DNA of 64,000 nucleotides from an uncultured Rhodobacterales bacterium (GTDB taxonomy: Bacteria; Pseudomonadota; Alphaproteobacteria; Rhodobacterales; Rhodobacteraceae), in assembly GCA_964453855.1 (NCBI GenBank), contig CAYVRN010000003.1:7604-71603 (forward strand), read 5' to 3'. Position 1 is the stretch's first letter. Every line of letters begins with the position of its first letter. Positions 1-8,966 of this stretch are shown piece by piece. A model generated the notes under the pieces. The model was given only the letters and a program-made list of their open reading frames with translations, made no database searches and had not been told where the DNA came from. The position numbers and the translations under genes were made by a program.

Positions 1-77
1 GCTCAACTGGTTCTATATGTGGCAGCCACATGCAACGCCTGACGACCGACGTGATTATGCGCGATTGGTGACAAATC

Positions 78-692
78 TTACCTTGAACGGGTGTTCGGCG
101 ATCTAAATGTCTTTTTAGTACGGGGTTTACCGCGCCCCTCTATTTGGATTGCCTTGTACTCTCCCGGCTGCAGCCCGTCGATAGACCACTCGTCAATTTG
201 ACATCTAATAAGTCTTAACGTGGGGTGGCCTACGGCTGCGGTCATGCGTCTGACCTGTCTGTTTTTGCCTTCTGTCAATGTCAGCGAGATCCACATATCT
301 GGAACTGTTACCCTTTCACGGATCGGGGGATTGCGATCCCAAAGATCGGGTGGTTGGGCAATGTACTCTGCTTTGGCTGGACGCGTTTTGCCGTCTTTCA
401 AGACAACGCCCGTACGCAGTTGATCCATTGTTTCTTCATCGGGGATGCCTTCAACCTGCACCCAATAGATTTTCTCTTTCCCAAATTTCGGATTGGATAA
501 ATAGGCTTGAAGCTTTCCGTCATCAGTCAGCAGCATCAGTCCTTCACTGTCGCGGTCCAGTCTGCCTGCCGGATATACATTCGGTATATTTATGTACTCT
601 GACAAGGTCTGGCGCGGCGATCCAGCCGTTCCTTTGTCAGTGAATTGCGGAAGCACACCGTATGGTTTGTTGAATAGAACAAGTGTGCTCAT
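78..692 (-). CDS. rluE: 23S rRNA pseudouridine synthase RluE (RsuA/RluE family)
   Basis: Track ORF 78..755 trimmed to the internal ATG at 690-692, which avoids overlap with the upstream kinase stop at 722. VLFNKPYGVLPQFTD, AGRLDRDSEGLMLLT (catalytic Asp) and PRNPPIRER closely match E. coli RluE as I remember it. Confidence 0.85.
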   Translation of the reverse strand: MSTLVLFNKPYGVLPQFTDKGTAGSPRQTLSEYINIPNVYPAGRLDRDSEGLMLLTDDGKLQAYLSNPKFGKEKIYWVQVEGIPDEETMDQLRTGVVLKDGKTRPAKAEYIAQPPDLWDRNPPIRERVTVPDMWISLTLTEGKNRQVRRMTAAVGHPTLRLIRCQIDEWSIDGLQPGEYKAIQIEGRGKPRTKKTFRSPNTRSR

Positions 693-721
693 TGTGACAG
701 CCTTTGGTAAAGTCCATGAAA

Positions 722-3271
722 CTATAAGAGGTGGTTTGGTGGGGCAATCCAGCAACTGATCATCTCGTCCAACCGTTTTAATTCGACGGGTTTCGAAAGA
801 TAATCTGACATCCCTGCCGCAAAGCTTTTGCGATCTTCGCCCTGCAGTGCGTTTGCAGTGATCGCCACAATCGGGGTTTGTGAAGCTTGCCTTGCACGCT
901 CCTCGGCCCGAATTTTTGCGGTCATTTCAAAACCGTCCATAACTGGCATGTGGCAATCTGCAAGGACCAAATCATAAGTGCCAGCCCTCCAAGTCTTAAA
1001 TCCCTGAGAGCCGTCGTTGGCAATGGTTATGTTGGTATAACCTAGCACTTGGAGCTGACGTTGGATGACTTTTTGGTTCACCAAATTATCTTCGACAAGA
1101 AGGATTGGGTTATCCTTGAGACGCGGCTTCTCGAATTGAGCCGGAGTTTGCGAACTTGTGTTCGGCGCTTCTTGAACTGACAAACCAGAAAACTTCGCGA
1201 TTGACGCCAGCATGTCGGATATCTTCAATGGATATTTTCGCAGGATATGAGTTTTTTCGTCCTCCAGCGCCGCATGCTCTGTGACGTTTTTCAGAAACAC
1301 AATGCACTTTCGGGCAGGGTCACTGACGCGTAAAGCTCCCATACTTTCCAGTGTTTCTTCATCGGTTTCACAGGAAATTAAGGAAATTTGCGCGTTGTTA
1401 TTGTCGCCAGATAGGATCTTGTCAGCCGCAGCGACCGTCCGACACGCTGTATGCGCCATGCCTTTGATATCCAGGATATTCTGCCATGTGCGAGTGGTCG
1501 GATGCTCGTTTTGCAAGGACAAGACTTTGAGGCCGGCTAGATCAACTGCATGGATTTCACCCGTCAGGGGGCGGAGTGGCAGGCTTAGCGTAAAGTTACT
1601 GCCTTGGCCCAACGCGCTCTCAACCGAAAGCTCACCGCCCATTAGGTCAGCCAGACTTTTTGATATTGCCAGTCCCAGTCCTGTGCCACCAAACCTGCGC
1701 GTTGTGTTTTCCTCGGCTTGCGTAAACGGCCGGAACAATCGAGATTGAACCTCTTTTGTCATTCCTATTCCGTTGTCTTTTACGCAAATTTCCAAATGTG
1801 AATTGTCGGTTTGTTTTACGCTCAGAATGACTTTGCCTGTTTTCCCGTCATTTTTTGCTGAAGCTGAGAATTTGATGCCGTTCGAGACCAAATTGTTTAG
1901 GATTTGTTTAAGCCGAATTGAATCAGCCTCAACCCACTCGGGGACATCGGTGTCAAGATGCAGCGACAGAAATACATCCCTGTCCTGCGCGAAGACGTTA
2001 TATGTCTCTATGACATCGTCCAAAAGGGGTATTAGAGCAACTGGGTGTTCTTCCCGGTTGAGGTGGCCAGCCTCGATTTTCGAGGTGTCCAGAATGTCAT
2101 CGATAATGCGCATCAGGCTGGACGACGATTCCTGAATTGTATTGATCATCTGTTTCGATGACGGCGGTAGGTCTTGGATTGAAAGCAACTCGACCATGCC
2201 CAAAATACCATTCATTTTAGTGCGGATTTCGTGGCTCATGTTTGCCAGAAACTCTGACTTTGCACGGCTCGCGGCAACAGCTCTTTCTTTTTCCTGAATA
2301 AGGGTCGTACGGTGCGTGATATCAAGGTGGGTTCCTACCAGCCTTTTCTCACCCGCGCTGTTTTCAAGGAAATGTGCACGGGATAAGATGTTGACCCATT
2401 CCCCGTTTTTATGGTGCATGCGGAATTCAGTATCAAAAGCGTCACTTTCCCCTTTCAGGTATGCCTCGACTTCGTTTAACACGCGCTCTCGGTCGTCGGG
2501 ATGAACCAGCCTTTCCCAAGTACCAAGAACTTGTTCCAATTCATCCTGGCGGTAGCCCAACATTTCGCACCAGCGAGGAGAGTAGTAGACATGGTTATTG
2601 GTCATATCCCAATCCCAAAGTCCGTCATTGGCCCCTTGGAATGCTAAAGACAGGCGCTCCTCGGCGCGTTTGCATGCATCAAGATCTTCACGCGCTCGAC
2701 CTAGCATAGTGAACAAAGCATTATTCAGGGCATGCAGGCTGAACAGTGACATCACCATCGCGAACAGCAAGACCAAGCCTTGATTGATCCAAGATGCGGG
2801 CTGCGTAATGAGAAGATTTGTATCTACAGGTGCGGAAAGTGTGCCGTTGACGAACAACAGCCCAGCGGAACCAAACAAGACCACTACAACCACGAAAATT
2901 ATCGTTGCAAAGCGCGGCCCTGCAAATATCAACGCAATTGAGGGTAGTACCCCAAGTAATGCGCTGTTGGCATATATCCCAAATTGAAAGAGATTGGCGG
3001 CTGATAACAAAAGAATTGCCGAAAGAAGAATAAGACCAAGGTGCGCGGTGGAGAGGCGTTTTTGAAAAGTGTAAACAACAACGCCAAGATAGGCGACAGC
3101 CACTTGGACAATCATGGCATTGGTAAAGCCGTTTTCAACATAAGCCAGATATATTGCGGCATAAAAGAAAACCCCCGCCAATGCAGCAAGAGTGACCACA
3201 TGAAGCAAAAACTTTCGGCGGACCGGTTCAAGAAAAATCGTCAGATCGTTTTTGTCGTTCACGTCAGTCAC
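722..3271 (-). CDS. Hybrid sensor histidine kinase / response regulator (multi-TM N-terminus, PAS, HisKA, HATPase, degenerate receiver-like linker, C-terminal REC)
   Basis: H-box FLANMSHEIRTKMNGILG. ATPase G-boxes DNGIGM and GGTGLGLAISKSL. C-terminal receiver ILLVEDNLVNQ...DLVLADCHMPVMDG...SKP. PAS-like LWDWDM...YYSPRW. The start at 3271 is GTG with no obvious SD, so the start is uncertain. Confidence 0.85.
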   Translation of the reverse strand: MTDVNDKNDLTIFLEPVRRKFLLHVVTLAALAGVFFYAAIYLAYVENGFTNAMIVQVAVAYLGVVVYTFQKRLSTAHLGLILLSAILLLSAANLFQFGIYANSALLGVLPSIALIFAGPRFATIIFVVVVVLFGSAGLLFVNGTLSAPVDTNLLITQPASWINQGLVLLFAMVMSLFSLHALNNALFTMLGRAREDLDACKRAEERLSLAFQGANDGLWDWDMTNNHVYYSPRWCEMLGYRQDELEQVLGTWERLVHPDDRERVLNEVEAYLKGESDAFDTEFRMHHKNGEWVNILSRAHFLENSAGEKRLVGTHLDITHRTTLIQEKERAVAASRAKSEFLANMSHEIRTKMNGILGMVELLSIQDLPPSSKQMINTIQESSSSLMRIIDDILDTSKIEAGHLNREEHPVALIPLLDDVIETYNVFAQDRDVFLSLHLDTDVPEWVEADSIRLKQILNNLVSNGIKFSASAKNDGKTGKVILSVKQTDNSHLEICVKDNGIGMTKEVQSRLFRPFTQAEENTTRRFGGTGLGLAISKSLADLMGGELSVESALGQGSNFTLSLPLRPLTGEIHAVDLAGLKVLSLQNEHPTTRTWQNILDIKGMAHTACRTVAAADKILSGDNNNAQISLISCETDEETLESMGALRVSDPARKCIVFLKNVTEHAALEDEKTHILRKYPLKISDMLASIAKFSGLSVQEAPNTSSQTPAQFEKPRLKDNPILLVEDNLVNQKVIQRQLQVLGYTNITIANDGSQGFKTWRAGTYDLVLADCHMPVMDGFEMTAKIRAEERARQASQTPIVAITANALQGEDRKSFAAGMSDYLSKPVELKRLDEMISCWIAPPNHLL

Positions 3272-3384
3272 ACCGAATTGCGTATACTAAACCCTAGCGT
3301 TCAATTGATATTGCATGCAATGATCAGACCAGCCAGATGTAATCTTAACGCAAAATGGTGTGACTTATTATTAGCGTGAAACCT

Positions 3385-4461
3385 TTAGGTTTCGTAGTCC
3401 ACAATGACAGATTTTGTAATTGGATAGGACTGGCAAGACAGGACATATCCTTTTTCGACCTCATAGTCTTCGAGACCGTGGTTAGTGATCATCTCGACTT
3501 CACCTTCCAGAACGCGACACTTGCAGGTCGAGCATACACCGGCTTTGCAGGCATGCGGCGCATCCATGCTGTTTTCCAATGCGGCCTCCAGAATGGTTTG
3601 GCCGCGCTTCATTTCAAAACTACGGCTTTCCCCATCAAGTTTAACAACGATGTCCGTGCTGTCGCCTGACTGAGCCGCGTTTTTGGAAATGGCGCGTTTT
3701 TTTGCACGTCCGGTCTGTGCAGAGGCAAATAATTCAAACTTGATCTGCTCTTTGGTGAGACCGTGTTTGGTCAGCGCATCTCGGATACCCAGCATCATTG
3801 GCTCGGGGCCGCAGATCAATGCAAGATCAATGGATTTGATATCGATCCAGCCTTCGAACAGTTGGTCACATTTCTCTGGTGTAACTAGGCCGGTAAATAG
3901 ATCGATGTCCTGTGCATCCTGCTCAAGGATGTGGATGATCGAAAGTCGCCCCATGTATTTGCTTTTCAGGTCTTCCAGCTGCTCGCGAAACATGATCGAG
4001 GCGACATTTTTATTCGCATAAACCAAGGTGAACTGAGAAAGAGGTTCACGCACCAAAACGGTTCTTATGATCGATAGAACCGGCGTAATCCCGGAGCCTC
4101 CGGCAAAACCAAGATAGTTCTTGGACTTCTCTGGCTCGATCGGCGTCACGAAGGTGCCCATTGGCGGCATTGCTTCAACCGTATCGCCAGCTTTCAATTC
4201 TTCATTTACCCAAGTCGAATAGGCGCCGCCTTCAACACGTTTTATTCCCACTTGAAGCAGCCCATCGTCCTTACCGGCGCAAATCGAGTACGAGCGGCGC
4301 AATTCTTCACCGTCGAATTCGCGGCGGAAGGTCAGGTATTGGCCCTGCTTGAAGTTCATGAAAAGTTCGCTGTCGTCAGAAGACGGAGTTAGCGTAAGGA
4401 TCACCGCATCGCGGATTGTTTTGTTCACGTCTGTGACGGTCAGAGTATGGAAACGCGACAT
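3385..4461 (-). CDS. paaE: Phenylacetyl-CoA 1,2-epoxidase reductase subunit PaaE (FNR-like plus plant-type 2Fe-2S)
   Basis: Trimmed to ATG 4459-4461 (MSRFHTLTV...). The upstream extension overlaps paaD. FAD/NAD motifs RSYSI and GGSGITP. C-terminal CxxxxCxxC (CKAGVCSTCKC) ferredoxin. Last gene of the paaABCDE order. Confidence 0.85.
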   Translation of the reverse strand: MSRFHTLTVTDVNKTIRDAVILTLTPSSDDSELFMNFKQGQYLTFRREFDGEELRRSYSICAGKDDGLLQVGIKRVEGGAYSTWVNEELKAGDTVEAMPPMGTFVTPIEPEKSKNYLGFAGGSGITPVLSIIRTVLVREPLSQFTLVYANKNVASIMFREQLEDLKSKYMGRLSIIHILEQDAQDIDLFTGLVTPEKCDQLFEGWIDIKSIDLALICGPEPMMLGIRDALTKHGLTKEQIKFELFASAQTGRAKKRAISKNAAQSGDSTDIVVKLDGESRSFEMKRGQTILEAALENSMDAPHACKAGVCSTCKCRVLEGEVEMITNHGLEDYEVEKGYVLSCQSYPITKSVIVDYET

Positions 4462-4471
4462 TGGGTTCCTC

Positions 4472-4933
4472 TTAGATACATTTAAAATAGTCGAAGGGCT
4501 CAAGGCACTCTTTGCAACGCCAATGGGCTTTGCAGGGCGTCGATCCGAACTGGCTGATTTTTTCAAGATGAGAGCCGCCGCAATGCGGGCATCGTTGCGG
4601 GCCACCGGAAGGTTGTGGTGGGGCGATGCCGTACTGTTCCAGCTTCGCCTTGCCACTTTCGGTCAGCCAATCGGTGGTCCACGCAGGAGACAGCTGACGC
4701 TTGAGTTTCAGCTTTTCGATACCGTTGTTCCGTAGTGCTGTTTCGATCTCCATATTGATCAGGCTGGTCGCTGGGCAACCGGAGTAGGTTGGGGTGACGG
4801 TGACCTCTAGCGTGTCACCATTCCAACCAACATTCCGAATAATGCCTAGATCGACTAACGATATCACGGGGATCTCTGGGTCTGGTACGGCTTCTAGCCA
4901 ATCCCAAACTTGCTCCACGGAAACATTGGTCAT
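4472..4933 (-). CDS. paaD: Phenylacetyl-CoA epoxidase subunit PaaD
   Basis: 153 aa. VWDWLEAVPDPEIPVISLVDLGIIR (DUF59-like) plus a C-terminal Cys cluster CPHCGG...CKECLEPF. Position between paaC and paaE. Confidence 0.8.
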   Translation of the reverse strand: MTNVSVEQVWDWLEAVPDPEIPVISLVDLGIIRNVGWNGDTLEVTVTPTYSGCPATSLINMEIETALRNNGIEKLKLKRQLSPAWTTDWLTESGKAKLEQYGIAPPQPSGGPQRCPHCGGSHLEKISQFGSTPCKAHWRCKECLEPFDYFKCI

Positions 4934-4934
4934 C

Positions 4935-5696
4935 TTACCACGTTGCCCCAGGATAGGCGCGCTGCAGCCATTGCATTTCAGTTAGCATATGTCCCAAGTG
5001 CTCAGTGTGGCACACGCCATTACGGCCGCCCTTATGAAAGAACAGATCCTGTGGGATATCCAATGTAGCTTCGTTTAGAACCCGAGTGACAAGATCATAG
5101 AATTCGTCTTTCAAAGATTCCGGATGAACGGCTACTCCCGCTTCGGCCAAGATATCATCTGCTTCGTCCGTGGCAAAAATTTCACCAACATACGGCCAGA
5201 GATATTCCAAAGCCTTTTGCATGCGCGCGTGGCTTTCTTCGGTTCCATCGCCCAAACCCACTACAGTGTCTGCCGAGCGTTCAACGTGGTAAGCAGCTTC
5301 TTTCGAGGCTTTTTCAGCTATGGCTGCGACCCGTTCATCGGACGATTTCGCCAAACGCGGCAGATAAATCGACTGCCATGCATCAAACAGGAACTGGCGC
5401 ATCAAAGTCCGGCCAAAGTCGCCGTTCGGCAATTCGACCAAAAGCAGATTGCGAAAATCCCACGCATCTCGCAGAAAAGCCAGATTATCGGCTGTTTTGC
5501 CTTCTTCCTGAACTTCAGCAGCTAAACCCAGCCAAAACTGGGTCTGACCAATTAGGTCAAGCGCTGTGTTCGCCAGGGCGATGTCTTCTTCTAGTACCGG
5601 TGCGTGGCCACACCATTCGGAAACGCGATGCCCTAAAACCAAGGTGTTATCACCCATTCTTAAAGCAAAACGCTCGAGCGCTTCTTTAAGGTCCAT
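4935..5696 (-). CDS. paaC: Phenylacetyl-CoA epoxidase structural subunit PaaC
   Basis: 253 aa. LRMGDNTLVLGHRVSEWCGHAPVLEEDIALANTALDLIGQ is typical of PaaC. 1-nt TAATG overlap with the paaB stop. Confidence 0.8.
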   Translation of the reverse strand: MDLKEALERFALRMGDNTLVLGHRVSEWCGHAPVLEEDIALANTALDLIGQTQFWLGLAAEVQEEGKTADNLAFLRDAWDFRNLLLVELPNGDFGRTLMRQFLFDAWQSIYLPRLAKSSDERVAAIAEKASKEAAYHVERSADTVVGLGDGTEESHARMQKALEYLWPYVGEIFATDEADDILAEAGVAVHPESLKDEFYDLVTRVLNEATLDIPQDLFFHKGGRNGVCHTEHLGHMLTEMQWLQRAYPGATW

Positions 5697-5980
5697 TACA
5701 TCGCCCCCACTTCGTCAGGGATGTTGAAGAATGTGGGGTGGCGATAGACCTTGCTGTTTGACGGATCATACAGCGGACCTTTCGCATCTGGATCGCTCGC
5801 TGCAATATTCTTGGCTTCAATCACCCAGATCGAAACACCTTCATTGCGACGCGTGTAAACGTCTCGGGCATTCTTGATCGCCATTTCGGCATCCGGCGCA
5901 TGAAGCGAGCCGACGTGACGATGGCTCATACCATGCTGACCGCGGATAAAGATTTCCCAAAGGGGCCATTCATTGCTCAT
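5696..5980 (-). CDS. paaB: Phenylacetyl-CoA epoxidase subunit PaaB
   Basis: 94 aa. WPLWEIFIRGQHGMSHRHVGSLHAPD is the conserved PaaB core. AGGAGA SD upstream. Confidence 0.85.
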   Translation of the reverse strand: MSNEWPLWEIFIRGQHGMSHRHVGSLHAPDAEMAIKNARDVYTRRNEGVSIWVIEAKNIAASDPDAKGPLYDPSNSKVYRHPTFFNIPDEVGAM

Positions 5981-5992
5981 ATCAGTCTCTCC

Positions 5993-6985
5993 TTATTCTG
6001 CTGCCACTTTACGAGCCGCTTTTTTACGGGCGTGCTCCAGAAGACCGTCACGCACCCAAGCGCCGTCTTCCCATGCTTTCACGCGGGCATTCATTCGATC
6101 GACGTTGCAGGGGCCTTTGCCCTTAAGCACAGCGAAGAATTCGGACCAGTCTGGGTCCGAGAAGTCATAATGGCCGCGCTCTTCATTCCATTTGATGTTG
6201 GCGTCAGGCAGATCGAGACCCAGGTATTCGATTTGCGGCACAGTCTGATCCACGAATTGCTGACGCAGTTCATCGTTGGATTTGATTTTGATTTTCCAGG
6301 CCATCGATTGTTCCGAATGAACGCTTTCACTGTCCGATGGGCCAAACATCATTAGGGCAGGGTACCACAGGCGATTTACAGCATCCTGTGCCTGTTTCTT
6401 TTGCTCAGGCGTGCCAAAGGCCATAGCCATGATCGCGCTGTATCCTTGACGCGCGTGGAAGCTTTCTTCCTTGCAGATGCGGATCATCGCTCGGCTGTAT
6501 GGGCCATAAGACGTGCGCTGAAGAGCCACTTGGTTGATGATTGCGGCCCCGTCAACCAGCCAACCGACTGCACCGATGTCGGCCCAGTTCAGAGTCGGAT
6601 AATTGAAGATTGATGAGTACTTCATGCGTCCTTCGTGCAGACGACGGATCAGTTCATCGCGGCTTACGCCCAAAGTTTCGGCGGCCGAGTAGAGATACAG
6701 ACCATGACCCGCTTCGTCTTGGACCTTGGCCAATAGGATCGCTTTGCGTTCGAGTGTCGGCGCACGAGTTATCCAGTTGCCTTCTGGCAATTGTCCGACG
6801 ACTTCAGAGTGTGCGTGCTGACCGATTTGGCGGATCAGGGTTGCGCGGTAGTCATCGGGCATCCAGTCGCGGGGCTCAATCTTAATATCGCGGTCAATCT
6901 TGTCCTGAAAAACCCGCTCTTCTTCGGTCATGTCTTCAACGGCTTTTACCCCTGATGACGCTGTTTTTACCATTTGCGCATACAT
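5993..6985 (-). CDS. paaA: Phenylacetyl-CoA epoxidase catalytic (di-iron) subunit PaaA
   Basis: 330 aa. Ferritin-like di-iron motifs ([17 protein letters not shown]). AGGAGA SD. First of the paaABCDE order. Confidence 0.9.
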   Translation of the reverse strand: MYAQMVKTASSGVKAVEDMTEEERVFQDKIDRDIKIEPRDWMPDDYRATLIRQIGQHAHSEVVGQLPEGNWITRAPTLERKAILLAKVQDEAGHGLYLYSAAETLGVSRDELIRRLHEGRMKYSSIFNYPTLNWADIGAVGWLVDGAAIINQVALQRTSYGPYSRAMIRICKEESFHARQGYSAIMAMAFGTPEQKKQAQDAVNRLWYPALMMFGPSDSESVHSEQSMAWKIKIKSNDELRQQFVDQTVPQIEYLGLDLPDANIKWNEERGHYDFSDPDWSEFFAVLKGKGPCNVDRMNARVKAWEDGAWVRDGLLEHARKKAARKVAAE

Positions 6986-6997
6986 CGGCTGTTCTCC

Positions 6998-8200
6998 TTA
7001 TACACGTTCCAAAATTATCGCGGTGCCCTGGCCGACACCCACACACATGGTGCACAGTGCGTAACGCCCGCCTGTGCGTTGAAGTTGATAAGCGGCGGTT
7101 AAGACCAACCGCGCGCCTGACATGCCCAAAGGGTGTCCCAGAGCAATTGCCCCGCCATTCGGGTTCACATGTGCAGCGTCGTCTGCCACGCCAAGCTCTC
7201 TAAGCGTCGCTAGGCCTTGGCTGGCAAAAGCTTCGTTTAACTCGATCACATCCATCTGTTCGATGGTCAGGCCAGCCTTGGCCAGCACTTTTCGGGTTGC
7301 CGGTACAGGTCCGATTCCCATGACCCTCGGCTCAACCCCTGCAGCTTGCATAGCGACGATGCGCGCCATCGGCTTTAATCCGTTCCTGGACATGCCTTCT
7401 TCGGACGCCAACAGGATGGCCGCAGCGCCATCGTTCACACCCGAGGCATTCCCTGCGGTCACACTAAGCTCCGGTCCATTCACGCCGCGCAACTTTGCAA
7501 GCATAGTCGCATCGGTTCCGGGGCGCGGATGTTCGTCTGCGTCAACGATAATTGGGTCCGCTTTGCGCTGTGGCACACTGACTGCAGTGATTTCGTCCGA
7601 AAAAAGTCCAGCCTCATGGGCTGCTTTCCAACGCGCCTGGGAACGGGCTGCGAATGCGTCCTGATCTTCGCGACTGATGTTGTAATCTGCGGCCACGTTA
7701 TCAGCCGTTTGTGGCATCGAATCCGTGCCATACATCTTTTCCATTGTCGGATTCACGAAGCGCCAGCCAATGGTCGTGTCGTAAACCGCATTGGATCGTG
7801 TAAATGCAGATGTCGCTTTGGGCATCACAAACGGTGCGCGGCTCATGCTTTCCACGCCGCCTGCAATCGCCAGATCGTAATCGCCCGCTTTTATTCCGCG
7901 CGAGGCCATGCCAACAGCATCCATGCCCGATGCACAAAGCCGGTTGATCGTTGTGCCCGGTACGCTGGTTGGAAGACCCGCCAGCAAAGCTGCCATGCGC
8001 GCAACATTCCGGTTGTCTTCGCCGGCCTGGTTGGCCGAGCCGTAAATCACGTCATCAATGCTGGCCCAGTCGACCTGAGGGTTTCGGTCCACCAGCGCCT
8101 TAATTGGCAGGGCCGCCAAATCATCTGCACGAATTGAAGATAAGGCGCCTCCGTAGCGTCCGATGGGCGTGCGCGTGGCGTCGCAAATGAATGCATGCAT
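6998..8200 (-). CDS. paaJ: 3-oxoadipyl-CoA / 3-oxo-5,6-dehydrosuberyl-CoA thiolase
   Basis: Trimmed to ATG 8198-8200 (MHAFICDATRTPIGRYGG), preceded by AAGGAAG. Thiolase signatures NRLCASGMDAV, NEAFASQ, GGAIALGHPLGMSGARL and CVGVGQG. Directly upstream of paaA. Confidence 0.85.
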   Translation of the reverse strand: MHAFICDATRTPIGRYGGALSSIRADDLAALPIKALVDRNPQVDWASIDDVIYGSANQAGEDNRNVARMAALLAGLPTSVPGTTINRLCASGMDAVGMASRGIKAGDYDLAIAGGVESMSRAPFVMPKATSAFTRSNAVYDTTIGWRFVNPTMEKMYGTDSMPQTADNVAADYNISREDQDAFAARSQARWKAAHEAGLFSDEITAVSVPQRKADPIIVDADEHPRPGTDATMLAKLRGVNGPELSVTAGNASGVNDGAAAILLASEEGMSRNGLKPMARIVAMQAAGVEPRVMGIGPVPATRKVLAKAGLTIEQMDVIELNEAFASQGLATLRELGVADDAAHVNPNGGAIALGHPLGMSGARLVLTAAYQLQRTGGRYALCTMCVGVGQGTAIILERV

Positions 8201-8219
8201 GATTGCTTCCTTATTCCTG

Positions 8220-8233
8220 ACCGCACGGTCGGT
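8220..8233 (-). promoter_or_regulatory. Candidate TetR/PaaR-type operator (ACCG-N2-CG-N2-CGGT) in front of paaJ-paaABCDE
   Basis: The minus strand reads ACCGACCGTGCGGT, 19 nt upstream of the paaJ ATG and just 5' of its SD. It fits the ACCGNNCGNNCGGT core I recall for Corynebacterium PaaR sites. Confidence 0.3.
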
Positions 8234-8314
8234 ATAAGGTCGAAAGTTGATTCGGCGCAAGATAAATGTTACGAAAAAATAATTTTTAGCTGGATTTGGT
8301 AACGCAATACTGAC

Positions 8315-8857
8315 CTAAAGCGGCATTCCTGACAATTGGGCAACCAGTTCGGCCGTTTTGCGAACCTCGAATTTCGCCAATAACCGCGTTCGGTATATTT
8401 CGATTGTTCGATGAGAAAGTCCGAGTTCGCGGCCAATCTCTTTGGAAGAGAGGCCCTGGCACGTCATCGCCGCCACCTGTTTTTCGCGTATTGTTAAATT
8501 TACAACCCTGCGTGTTTCTGAAAGGTCCGAAAAGGACCAGATCGACTGTCTAAACGGGTCTTCCGGTGTGAGCGACTGTCCACGCACTCGGCACCAAAAC
8601 TGCTCACCGCTTAGGCGTTTCATGATCCGCTCATCATCATAACGGCCGGTCCGTCGCATGGTTTCGACACCTACTAAGGCGATACGGTCATAATCGCTCT
8701 GTGACGGATACAATTCACGCAATGGGCGGTGGTTGTAATAATCTGTGGTCTCTCCAAACATCTCGGCAAACCGTGAGTTCACACGTTTGAGAATTCTGTT
8801 TTCCGCAAATGCCAAACCGATAGGTGCATGCATGAATGAGAGGGTTTCTATGTCCAT
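8315..8857 (-). CDS. PAS-domain / LuxR-type HTH transcriptional regulator
   Basis: 180 aa. N-terminal PAS-like region (NSRFAEMFG...FWCRVRGQ). C-terminal LuxR HTH LTIREKQVAAMTCQGLSSKEIGRELGLSHRTIEIYRTRLLAKF. Confidence 0.8.
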   Translation of the reverse strand: MDIETLSFMHAPIGLAFAENRILKRVNSRFAEMFGETTDYYNHRPLRELYPSQSDYDRIALVGVETMRRTGRYDDERIMKRLSGEQFWCRVRGQSLTPEDPFRQSIWSFSDLSETRRVVNLTIREKQVAAMTCQGLSSKEIGRELGLSHRTIEIYRTRLLAKFEVRKTAELVAQLSGMPL

Positions 8858-8966
8858 ATTCCTGTTTCTACTCGAATAATGTGCGCGTGAGTAGTTCTAC
8901 GGATTGTCGCTGGGCAAAAATCCAATCAATCTGTTCCTATCATATTTGTAACGTGAGGGGGGCAGC

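Noticed and set aside
1-113. Possible 3' end of a + strand gene entering from the left edge of the window
   Set aside because: All three + frames are open at the edge and close at 42, 69 and 113. The fragments are too short to recognise, and the longest would overlap the rluE 3' end. It cannot be called.
4462-4656. Upstream extensions of track ORFs for paaE (to 4656). The same issue affects mazG (to 22543), lptD (to 33037), nucleoside hydrolase (to 20408), ABC-F (to 40448), SDR (to 43187), paaJ (to 8260), TauD (to 51270) and rluE (to 755).
   Set aside because: The extensions overlap upstream genes or intergenic promoters. Family-typical N-termini begin at the internal ATGs used in the feature table.
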